Shown here: in pieces, positions 56,201-62,614 of the stretch
Position numbering within the stretch: position 1 is the first letter of the stretch
Layout of the letters: each line of letters opens with the position of its first letter
NCBI RefSeq assembly: GCF_902459465.1
Contig: NC_047080.1
Span: 11,222,001 to 11,286,000 of the forward strand
Length of the DNA: 64,000 nucleotides
Direction: 5' to 3'
Source: Asterias rubens
Lineage: Eukaryota
Notes under the pieces: generated by a model
Databases searched by the model: none
Told to the model about the DNA's origin: nothing
Seen by the model: only the letters and a program-made list of their open reading frames with translations
Position numbers and translations under genes: made by a program

Positions 56201-58497
56201 TTAAGAAACTTGAAGACTACTTTTAAGAAAGTCCAGCCCAGAGGTTTGGTCATAAAGCTACACCTCATCTCATTTCACCCTTGAGTTGAGCTAAGATTGC
56301 CCAAAACAATCCCCTCTCAAGTATTTTCCAGATTTGACATTAAAAAGAAAAGTGATTCCCTATTTTCAGCGTAGGAAAGAAAGACAAAAAAAAAACATCA
56401 CTTCATCCCTCTAATAGAAAAAAAGAAAGAAAACATTTTAGAGAAAATTGAAAAATAAAAAACAAGCCCAGATTCTTTCTACCCCTCGTTTGGCGCACAT
56501 CTGTCGTCCCCCATTAGCACAGCGCACGAAATGCTAAGGCTTATTTTAGAGGAAGTATGAACTTCTCAAGTACTGGTGTCTACGGTGAGATTAGCCCATT
56601 ATATCATTTGATTCGTGCGACAGCATGTGTACTCAAAGCATAAAAGTCAATCTGTGGCCTAGGGCCATATTGCACTACTACACTCAAGCTCGACGGCCAC
56701 TCGTGGTCTTGCAAATAGCGTCTAGAGAAACCACAACTGACGGAAACAGAAGAATGATTTGAGGGGAAAAAATTTATCAGCAGAAAACATCGGTGTTGTT
56801 CTGTCACAGACATTGTTTCATTCAAGAGGTTTGGATATACTCTGAGCAATTACTCAATCTTACGTGGTTCTCAGTGGGGACCAGTCCGTTACCAATTCAT
56901 CCCCTCTCTCTCTCCGTCGCTCTCCCTCACCTTCTAACCTCCCTCTTCTTGTCTCCATCGCAACAAAAGAAATCTTGTGGATTCTGTATCTTGTCTGTGA
57001 TATATATTTGTGTGTTTGTACATATATTCAGGCCTGTATGCTTCAATTTTCAAAGGGCAAGGGCACCAAAGCATTTTCTCCTTGGTAAAGGGCACCCTAT
57101 GAACAATTTGTTTATATCTACTGGAGCATTACATTGGCACCAAGGCAATGACAAGGGGCATGGAGGCAATTGCCTTCGTGGCCTCCATGAAGTATCAGCC
57201 TGTATATTTAGATGTTTTTTCTATATATCGCTATTAAACGTGTTGTGATTGCGTTCTTTTATGGAGGTGTCTTGTGTAGGATCGGGTGACGAAAGTCAGT
57301 TGCCATTTTTCTGAGAGCGGTGCGGACAATTAAAGCTCCCACGGGGGTGCAGCGAGGGGGCCATTCAAACGTGGCAGCCATGGGGAATGAGAAAAACCTT
57401 TTAGAGGATTCGTATTGGACCTCCTGTTAAGGGTAGAGTCATTGTGAGCTCGGCAAAAGCTCATATGTTCCAGATGATTTGACCCTGTTGGCCAATGCAT
57501 GTTTAATTGCGGCAGCTACTTAGACCCCACTCTACTACGCCGCTCTCTACTTATAAACCTCTCCAATCAAGTATTGGATTTTTATTATCATTTTTTCAAT
57601 CCCCTCTTTCGGATTTCTTACAAGATAATGACAATCTAATGTTTGATAGTTTAGTTGATGGAGGGTTTTTTCCCTCCTGGTTTATTGAAGGAATTCTGGA
57701 GGTTTGGTCATAGGTGGCACAATCGTTGAAAACAGATGATTATTTATTTGGCCATTTCGATGGTGTAAAACACTTTAGTCAATATGAGAATGGTAGCCAA
57801 AGGCTGCCAGTCTTTATGAGTTGTTTCTAAATTAAAAGTGATGTTTTATACATACTCTTTTCCTTCCACTCTGTGCCTTTGATTATTGTATGTAAGGGGC
57901 GCAATATAAATTTTAAATAATATTATTATTATTATTATTATAATATAGAAAGGTAATGACTATCTCTAATGAGTTTTTATTTTATTTTTGTCTTTCCTCC
58001 AGAGTTGAAACCAACGGTTCTTTTCAGAACCACCCCAACTCATTAGAGATAGTCGTTACATGGTGTTAACGCAAACCTTTCTATATCGTATTTCCACCAT
58101 GCAAAGTTTCAAATCCTAATTATTATTATTATTACTTAAATTTTGGGTCATTTGTTTTGTTGCAGTCAATAAGAAATGCTGTCATTATTGAGGGTATACC
58201 ACAACAAAACCAAATTCAAAACCGTTACAAACTTCTTTTGTTGCAAATGTTAGCTCCAGTTAAAATTGTGTTCAGCTCTGCCTTTTTTCTTTCTTTCTGT
58301 TTATATTCATTTCTTCACTCATCTTTCCAAAATGCAGGACACACGAGGGCCGGTTACCGAGCGTTAAACAGCAGATTCTGGCGGAGTACTCCAGCGGTCT
58401 TGATGGGAGCTCAGGGAAGATGGCCAAACGCCCAAAGCTGTCACTGTCTAAGAGGAAAACCACACCCAAAAGACGATTGAAGGGGCGTCGACTATAA
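7722..58497 (+). CDS. DDX31: DDX31/Dbp7 DEAD-box RNA helicase, complete spliced CDS (16 exons, 728 aa): join 7722-7781, 9498-9784, 10125-10200, 10535-10649, 10771-10880, 11243-11284, 11509-11693, 12707-12813, 13327-13598, 14237-14383, 15315-15374, 15512-15562, 15997-16136, 16671-16861, 17303-17486, 58338-58497
   Basis: All junctions are GT-AG and phase-consistent (2187 nt). General helicase motifs: Q motif, [39 protein letters not shown]31-specific strings: [72 protein letters not shown]. Confidence 0.95.
8057..8155. mobile_element. About 100-bp foldback element (Mutator-like)
   Basis: Near-perfect arms ctactaaaagccgacaactcgccgacaacgccg / cggcgttgtcggcgagttgtcggcttttagtag; CACGATCACGG on both flanks. 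Confidence 0.75.
8642..9101. mobile_element. 460-bp MITE with 9-10 bp TSD (Mutator-like)
   Basis: TIR GGTCCTACTACTTGCCGTCAACTCGCCG with subterminal GCCGTCAACT repeats; GAAGTATGG on both flanks. Confidence 0.85.
9181..9427. mobile_element. GGCCCAATTTCAT-family MITE
   Basis: TIR GGCCCAATTTCATGGCTCTGCTTAC / GTAAGCAGAGCCATGAAATTGGGCC, CWG flanks. Confidence 0.85.
9498..9784 (+). CDS. DDX31: DDX31 exon 2
   Basis: Low-complexity N-terminal region ending [17 protein letters not shown]; AT|gtgagt donor; exact acceptor (gtccag|AGG) less certain. Confidence 0.8.
10125..10200 (+). CDS. DDX31: DDX31 exon 3
   Basis: [25 protein letters not shown]; cacag|G, CTG|gtaagt. Confidence 0.93.
10211..10396. mobile_element. 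Degenerate GGCCCAATTTCAT-family MITE
   Basis: gaaccaatttcatttagctgcttagc..gttaagctgagtttggcc; starts 10 nt after the exon 3 donor. Confidence 0.6.
10535..10649 (+). CDS. DDX31: DDX31 exon 4 (Q motif, motif I)
   Basis: [38 protein letters not shown]; tttcag|A, G|gtaagt. Confidence 0.96.
10771..10880 (+). CDS. DDX31: DDX31 exon 5
   Basis: [26 protein letters not shown]; ttgcag|G, GAG|gtatgt. Confidence 0.96.
11243..11284 (+). CDS. DDX31: DDX31 exon 6
   Basis: [14 protein letters not shown]; long polypyrimidine tract, AAG|gtacgt. Confidence 0.93.
11509..11693 (+). CDS. DDX31: DDX31 exon 7 (GG, TPGR, DEAD)
   Basis: [48 protein letters not shown]. Confidence 0.97.
11758..12135 (+). mobile_element. 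Family A MITE
   Basis: TTAA|AGGCAGTGGACAC..caattaccaatagtgtccagtgtct. Confidence 0.88.
12190..12572 (-). mobile_element. tRNA-derived SINE with extended 3' tail
   Basis: 12307-12572 is near-identical to 5101-5380; the extra tail is inferred. Confidence 0.8.
12707..12813 (+). CDS. DDX31: DDX31 exon 8 (SAT)
   Basis: [35 protein letters not shown]. Confidence 0.96.
13327..13598 (+). CDS. DDX31: DDX31 exon 9
   Basis: [42 protein letters not shown]. Confidence 0.95.
14237..14383 (+). CDS. DDX31: DDX31 exon 10
   Basis: [34 protein letters not shown]. Confidence 0.95.
14560..14850 (-). mobile_element. Degenerate SINE (second tail type)
   Basis: Shares the head (gcttaaggacacaagtgtcac..atcaaacaccag) with the SINE family; tail related to 15620-15870. 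Confidence 0.65.
14930..15241. mobile_element. 312-bp foldback MITE with long TIRs
   Basis: Arms from tcttggttcaagac..tcctggatttgt to ggagagtcttggcacattcgttaaat mirrored on the right; GCTATCA subterminal repeats. Confidence 0.88.
15315..15374 (+). CDS. DDX31: DDX31 exon 11
   Basis: [20 protein letters not shown]. Confidence 0.95.
15512..15562 (+). CDS. DDX31: DDX31 exon 12 (motif V)
   Basis: [17 protein letters not shown]. Confidence 0.96.
15620..15870 (+). mobile_element. Degenerate SINE (second tail type)
   Basis: gtaaatggatacctg and gctgtatactccccagg shared in opposite orientation with 14560-14850. Confidence 0.6.
15997..16136 (+). CDS. DDX31: DDX31 exon 13 (motif VI)
   Basis: [46 protein letters not shown]. 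Confidence 0.97.
16671..16861 (+). CDS. DDX31: DDX31 exon 14
   Basis: [31 protein letters not shown]; phases match. Confidence 0.92.
17303..17486 (+). CDS. DDX31: DDX31 exon 15 (C-terminal extension)
   Basis: [33 protein letters not shown]; AG|gtaaga donor, phase 2. Confidence 0.95.
17761..18058. mobile_element. GGCCCAATTTCAT-family MITE(s), degenerate or compound
   Basis: ggtccaaacttcttagagctg..tatgaaattaggcc..ttataacattggacc|ctg. Confidence 0.65.
18341..19733. mobile_element. 1393-bp non-autonomous DNA transposon with AATT TSD (Sola1-like)
   Basis: TIR GTGACCCGCTC(C/T)AACGAAATGAGGAATGTCTAGT; AATT at 18337-18340 and 19734-19737; no transposase ORF. Confidence 0.88.
19998..20329 (+). mobile_element. 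tRNA-derived SINE with (TTA)n tail
   Basis: B box GGTTCGATTCCC 20053-20064, central tatgtgagttgag..gagggtttttc..ttttcctccc block, TTATT duplication. Confidence 0.85.
20860..21157. repeat. Minisatellite, about 3.7 copies of 79-80 bp
   Basis: Units start at 20860, 20940, 21019, 21099 (gccacctactcc..ccactagga). Confidence 0.95.
22206..22241 (-). ncRNA. Decayed minimal hammerhead ribozyme (Penelope-associated type)
   Basis: Minus strand GCCU..GGGUC-GAAACGUC-AGGC: stem I intact, 5' core partly deleted; sister of 29227-29261. Confidence 0.45.
23285..23500 (+). mobile_element. SINE fragment with V-domain-like core
   Basis: gtgggttttccttggg..ggtttttcctcccaca resembles the V-SINE central domain (recalled). 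Confidence 0.45.
24117..24423 (-). mobile_element. Penelope-like short repeat ending in a hammerhead fragment
   Basis: Dispersed family (also 1050, 23150, 27030, 49690, 51165, 58001); terminal ctcaacgtttcgactagcttgctcta. Confidence 0.6.
24688..24840. mobile_element. TAGGAC/GTCCTA-repeat palindromic MITE (partial)
   Basis: Same family as 46078-46226. Confidence 0.7.
25003..25223. mobile_element. GGCCCAATTTCAT-family MITE with CTG TSD
   Basis: CTG|GGCCC..GGGCC|CTG. Confidence 0.85.
27106..27145 (-). ncRNA. Minimal hammerhead-like motif (non-canonical A at position 4)
   Basis: Minus strand CUC-CAGAAGA-C-GAUCAG-aggaua-CUGAUU-GAAACGUC-GAG. Confidence 0.5.
28586..28762 (+). mobile_element. CAGGCCTG-family MITE (about 180 bp)
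   Basis: caggcctg..gaaagggcaagggcaccaaggcattttctc..caggcctg; further fragments at 27200-27360 and 28340-28560. Confidence 0.85.
29227..29261 (-). ncRNA. Minimal hammerhead core with U3:A8 covariation
   Basis: Minus strand UUGAGAA-A-GACUC-uacuu-GGGUC-GAAACGUC-AGGC; 5' strand of stem I lost. Confidence 0.55.
29338..29508 (+). mobile_element. CAGGCCTG-family MITE, second subfamily
   Basis: Related to the split copy at 39428-39500 plus 39880-39945. Confidence 0.7.
29932..30423. repeat. Old degenerate tandem triplication (110-170 bp units)
   Basis: ggggtgattag(a/t)agcgagg and aaagac(a/g)at(g/a)c(c/t)gtattgt recur at about 29932, 30145 and 30260. Confidence 0.7.
30777..31047 (+). mobile_element. 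CAGGCCTG-family MITE with 6-bp TSD and a nested insertion
   Basis: AGCCAG at 30771-30776 and 31048-31053. Confidence 0.8.
30874..31012. mobile_element. 139-bp palindromic element nested in the CAGGCCTG MITE
   Basis: GGAGACTTTC / GAAAGTCTCC and GGCAGCAGACTTACCGG / CCGGTAAGTCTGCTGCC arms. Confidence 0.8.
32540..32696 (+). mobile_element. CAGGCCTG-family MITE with 6-bp TSD
   Basis: CTGACC at 32534-32539 and 32697-32702. Confidence 0.8.
32776..33166. repeat. Old tandem duplication (about 225-bp period)
   Basis: aacaccaagtagaaaac(g/a)ttcc(g/a)aagaccttgtt..tgcagagcatttt..tttgattgca at 32776 and 33001. Confidence 0.8.
35792..36345. mobile_element. Cluster of GGCCCAATTTCAT-family MITE pieces
   Basis: gggcccaaattcatagagc..ctatgaatgttggtccctg and gtaagcagagccaagaaacttggccctg. 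Confidence 0.65.
36045..36225 (+). mobile_element. CAGGCCTG-family MITE with 6-bp TSD
   Basis: TACTAG at 36039-36044 and 36226-36231. Confidence 0.88.
38642..38759 (-). mobile_element. CAGGCCTG-family MITE, internally deleted, reverse orientation
   Basis: ..ggtgcccttgccctttcaaaaacgaagcatacaggcctg. Confidence 0.8.
39506..39875 (+). mobile_element. Family A MITE inserted into a CAGGCCTG-family element
   Basis: Full TIRs, TTAA both sides; flanks join into the 29338-type consensus. Confidence 0.9.
42320..42470 (+). mobile_element. Family A MITE 5' fragment
   Basis: ttaaaggctcttgacactattggtaattactc..ctccctctgaagtaac. Confidence 0.75.
45139..45490. repeat. Minisatellite, about 11 copies of 29 bp
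   Basis: Unit ctagtgtagtgtctttggct(c/a)a(t/c)aagcca. Confidence 0.95.
46078..46226. mobile_element. TAGGAC/GTCCTA palindromic MITE with CAG TSD (Harbinger-like)
   Basis: CAG|GGGTCGATTTCACAAAGAGTT..AACTCTTTGTGGAATCCACCC|CAG. Confidence 0.85.
46340..46415 (-). mobile_element. tRNA-derived SINE head
   Basis: Minus strand TAGCTCAGTTGGTAGAGC A box and GGTTCAAATC B box; acceptor stem not formed. Confidence 0.65.
46613..46885. repeat. Minisatellite, 13 copies of 21 bp
   Basis: Unit agggcac(c/t)acag(c/t)(g/a)aaagtac; stop-free in several frames. Confidence 0.95.
48075..48318. repeat. Minisatellite, 4 copies of 61 bp, nearly identical
   Basis: Units start at 48075, 48136, 48197, 48258. Confidence 0.95.
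49100..49410. repeat. Degenerate triplication (about 110 bp)
   Basis: agtaacac..ggtccagtg..tttgg..aaagg three times. Confidence 0.7.
49750..49787 (-). ncRNA. Minimal hammerhead-like motif, sister of 27106-27145
   Basis: Minus strand CAGAAGA-C-GAGCAG-aguaua-CUGUUU-GAAACGUC. Confidence 0.4.
50349..50655. repeat. Tandem repeat, about 2.2 copies of 136-137 bp
   Basis: gtcaat(g/t)acacc at 50349, 50486, 50622. Confidence 0.9.
53510..53665 (+). mobile_element. tRNA-derived SINE fragment
   Basis: ctggtgtttctgatcagcagagt..cacttgtgtccttaagc. Confidence 0.75.
53795..54173 (-). mobile_element. Family A MITE, reverse orientation
   Basis: TTAA both sides; interior is the reverse complement of the consensus. 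Confidence 0.9.
57029..57202 (+). mobile_element. CAGGCCTG-family MITE with 6-bp TSD
   Basis: TATATT at 57023-57028 and 57203-57208. Confidence 0.88.
58338..58497 (+). CDS. DDX31: DDX31 terminal coding exon 16
   Basis: Long pyrimidine tract then tgcag|G; phase 2 continues in frame as (R)[52 protein letters not shown], matching the human ILRSEYSSGME motif (recalled) plus a basic tail. Missed by the ORF track because it has no upstream start codon. Confidence 0.88.
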
Positions 58498-59741
58498 GGT
58501 GTCCTTCCTCATTATGCACTTTTAGTTTATTTTTATCTTCTTTTTTTTCGGTTTGGTTTTTGTTGGAAGTATGGTGCAATTCACAGCAGACTCCTTGCAT
58601 ACGACTTAAACACATAGGTCAAGGAAGACCTATCATTGAATGAGAATTGTGGTGGTGCGTACCAACAAATTTTAACTACTATTAATAATGATAGTGAATT
58701 CATATACCCGCGCGCACATCCGCCACTCAGTGGCGCTCAAGGTGCTTCAACATTCAGTATTTTCCTGCAACGTATGAAGGACTACGTTTCAATTATGAGA
58801 TCTACTCCTTTTACATATTTTGGCGCAATATGCTGCCTATCTATTCAGGAACACTAGGGCGAACCCCTTTTCTTTTTGATAAGTGCACTGAGCTCTTTTA
58901 GGATATTCCGTTATATTATTCCTGATGCAAATTATTACATCTGTATCACTCTTGCAATCCGGAGAATTGACGTAGGCTCTTCTGAAAAACTACCTGTATT
59001 CCACCATCCCTGCCAGTAACAATACTGAACAATCTCTAAAGCGCTGCGTACAATTTCCCTGTCATGATTTAAGGAGCCAATCATAATGAACTTCAGTGGT
59101 CCCACTTCAACCCTCTATTGTCCCTGGGTATATAACCACTTGAAGCTGAAGTGCCTGCGGAGTACCGGGTCATTATTCAAGTGGGGGGGGGGGTCGCTGT
59201 TTCAAGTGGTGGGGGGGGGGGGTTTGGCGCTTCATCAGTCATATGCATCAATCAAGCATTAGAGCTCAATTTGATAAAGATGTTTGGTCCTTATCAAAAT
59301 AAACTTGGAGCAATTCTCACGTACTGACATTAATAGTATTTTGGCCAGTAATTTTTTTGTGATGACGGATAAATGCCCTATGCTAAGCATTTTTGTATTT
59401 TGCTGTTTGTGGTTAACAGCTTGCACTATGGCTAATAAAGATATTTGCCAAATTAACTGGGACCATTTATCAAGCACAGGAACTGTGTTTCGGTAGGCAG
59501 GACACAAATTGCTGCTTTTAAATATACTAAAAACAGATCTCTTCCCTCTGTCATATCATATCTAATAATAAAATAGTCAAATGAAAATTGTTGTTGTTCT
59601 TTGTTTTAATTTTTATTTGGTGGTGGTGTTGTTTTTCATCTTTTACATTTTTTAAACAGTTCTCTAATAAACAATATTTTGGATTTTCAAGTTTATTGAT
59701 AATTGCAGCTGTCTTATAGTTTACGATTCTGAATGAGTTAA

Positions 59742-60097
59742 AGGCAGTGGACACTATTGGTAATTACTCAAAATAATTATTAGCATAAAACCTTACTTGG
59801 TAACGAGTAATGGGAAGAGGTTGATAGTATAACACATTATGAGAAACGGCTCCCAGTGAAGTAACATAGTTTTCGAGAAAGAAGTAGTTTTCCATGATTT
59901 GATTCCGAGACCTCAGATTTAGCATCTGAAAGCACACAACTTCGTGTTACAAGGTTTTTTTCTTCTTTCATTTGTATCTCGCAACTTTGATGACCGATTG
60001 AGCTCAAATTTTCACAGGTTTGTTATTTTATGCATATATTGAGATATACCAACTGTGAAGAGTAGTCTTTGACAATTATCAATAGTGTCCAGTGTCT
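59742..60097 (+). mobile_element. Family A MITE
   Basis: TTAA|AGGCAGTGGACACTATTGG..aatagtgtccagtgtct. Confidence 0.9.
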
Positions 60098-62049
60098 TTA
60101 TAAGCAATATCATCATATTTTGTTATCAACACTTTTGTCATTTTCGTATTTCCCAATCAACACCTCAGTGTGCACTTATTCTGCCCCCTCCCCATTCTAT
60201 CTACGCACCCCCAATTCTCATTGACCCGCCCACACCCCCAAATCACCCAACCCTTTCTAGCACAATTGTAACTTCGTCTCCATGACATCCCATTATGCAC
60301 AAGTGACAAATATTTTCGTACAAAAATGTTACAAGTTTAACCGCGTCAAGACAGTCTTCACTTTTGCTGTATCTGTCTTTGAGTGTCCCCACCGGTCACA
60401 ATAAAAAAAAGGACTCAACGGCCAATAATTCACAATCAAAATCATCCTGTGCCTACAGCGAAACAATCTTCCTCGCTCATTGCCCTGAGACCAGTAGCAC
60501 TTTATTTTCCATTTGCGACTTTGTTTTAGTAAGTGTCAAAAAGCCGTCGGGCGGGTTTTCATTTTCATTCCAAGAAGAGTCTCCGTAAAAGTGGATACTT
60601 ATTAAAAGTATTGTCTAGTGATTGTGTTGTTCTGAAATGGAGACAGAATACAAAAAGAAACTTCCTAGAAAAATATTATTAGGTGGATTGTGTAGCCTTA
60701 TCACACAAGAGTTAACCACACGCAGGGAGAATGTGATTAAATCATACACGTAACAGCCGTCGTATCGATGGTTTTTGGCGGGAAGCGAATTCTTGCCGGG
60801 CGGATTTTATGGCGCGCTTCTGTCGTGCGAGTCACAAGTAGTTTGTGGTGAACGCTGGCTGCGCGCCTGGGGGGCTACAGGAAGAAGAATCGGCCCAGTG
60901 GGGGGCAAGAGAAATGGGTTTTTAATGGAGGGAAAGTTTGCCCTTGTTCATCGTCTCCCCAACCGCGGGCAATCTCCATCTCTCTCTCCGGCCTCTTCTT
61001 CTCATCCACGGTCCAAAAATACAAATACATCCCGGACAAAATGAAAAGAAGAAAAACATGGTTCGTTAATGGCTCCTTGAAGAGATATTTTCGCACGTCA
61101 GTTGTGTTTAGTTTTTTTTTTTAGCTTCAATAACCCTTACCATGACAGTGTACATTACTAATCCGGTATTAGCACCCAAAATGTCCCTTCCGTGGAAAAC
61201 CCCCCACCGCCTTTAGAAAAAAAAGCTTTCAAAATGACGCAAGGAAGAAGAACAAGGCAAATAACTAGAGGTTGTAGTGTGGTTGATCACAGCACCGCGC
61301 GATTTGCCCACCGCCTTAAGATGGGCATTTTGTGCTTTTGTTGAGGACAGCCCGATTTTTGTGGTTCGACTTTTAGTTTTTTTTTTTAATCCGTTTAAAT
61401 TCCCTGCTAAGGTTTTTTTCTCCTCCTACTTCTTCTCTTCTTAAAATTCATCCTCTTTTCTTGGCTTGGTTCACCGTCTCAAACCTGAGGTGCGGATCAA
61501 GCTCAACCAGCGATGCAACCCGTGAAAAGGTTGGACTGGCATTGTTAAAAAAAAAGTGTATCAAATTACCTCATTGCTTGGGCCCCATTGCAACCCTGTC
61601 AGTCTTAAATTGCCTTTTTTGATCATCTACACTTAATGGTGATGGCGTACTTTGTGGAGTATCAACCTTTATGTGTAATCAAAAAGAGTTCGAAACATCT
61701 AGACAAACTATGGGGTTACTTGTTATTTATTTTTTATATTTTTTATATGCAACTTAAATGTTTTCTGGTTAGGGTCGATGTTTTTACACACTAGAATGTG
61801 TGTGTTTCTTGCTTCTTCCTTTTTCTTGAAAATTGCGGGTGGATAAAAAAAATATATATAAATTGAGTTTTTGTTTTAAAAAAATACATGTATTATGAAC
61901 AAACTAAACAGAAGAAAATGACAGTTACCCACTGGCCAAGATCGACATCGTGTTTTACTAAAATTTACAAAGTCTAAAGATATTATTTACCAAGATAGGA
62001 AAAGCTATTGGAAACTTATATATTGGAGACATTTGATCTTAAAGACCTG

Positions 62050-62292
62050 GGCCCAATTTCATAGAGCTGCTAAGCACAACAATATGCTTAGCATGAAATT
62101 GTTGCCTTGATAAAAACAGGATTACCAAACAAGTTTCCATATGGTTTTCAGGATAAGCAAACAATGGCTGAAGACCAGTAATAAGCGATATGCAAGAAAT
62201 GGAAATTTGGTTGGTAATCCTGTTTTTTTTTTCAAGGAAGAAATTTCATGCTAAGCAAATTTTCGTGCTTAGCAGCTCTATGAAATTGGGCC
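62050..62292. mobile_element. GGCCCAATTTCAT-family MITE
   Basis: TIR GGCCCAATTTCATAGAGCTGCTAAGCAC / GTGCTTAGCAGCTCTATGAAATTGGGCC; left flank AAAGACCTG. Confidence 0.9.
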
Positions 62293-62614
62293 ATGGCTCA
62301 TTTGAGGCTTCATTTTGCCATTCATATAGTATGCATTATATTATAAAACTATTCAGTATTTAAAAATCGAAATGGGGGGTTGGTTGGTGGGTAAAAGCGA
62401 TTAAAAAAAAATCAAATTTCGGAGTGGTCCCTTAGGAATTAATAGATAATATAACTGGCCGATAGAGGGCACCATAATTCCCTTAGCATTGGAGGGCTCT
62501 GGCTGTACATCAAGCACAGTTTGTGCACTACGCAAGCAAATCCATTTCACCCATTTGTCAATGGATTCCCAATAAAAAATCCCCAATAAACATGCGTGTC
62601 TACACAAAGAACAC

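Larger units (their letters stand above)
17487..58337 (+). other. Giant last intron of DDX31 (40,851 bp)
   Basis: Bounded by the phase-2 GTAAGA donor of exon 15 and the phase-compatible acceptor of the AEYSSG exon; no other DDX31-like coding sequence found between them. Confidence 0.85.
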
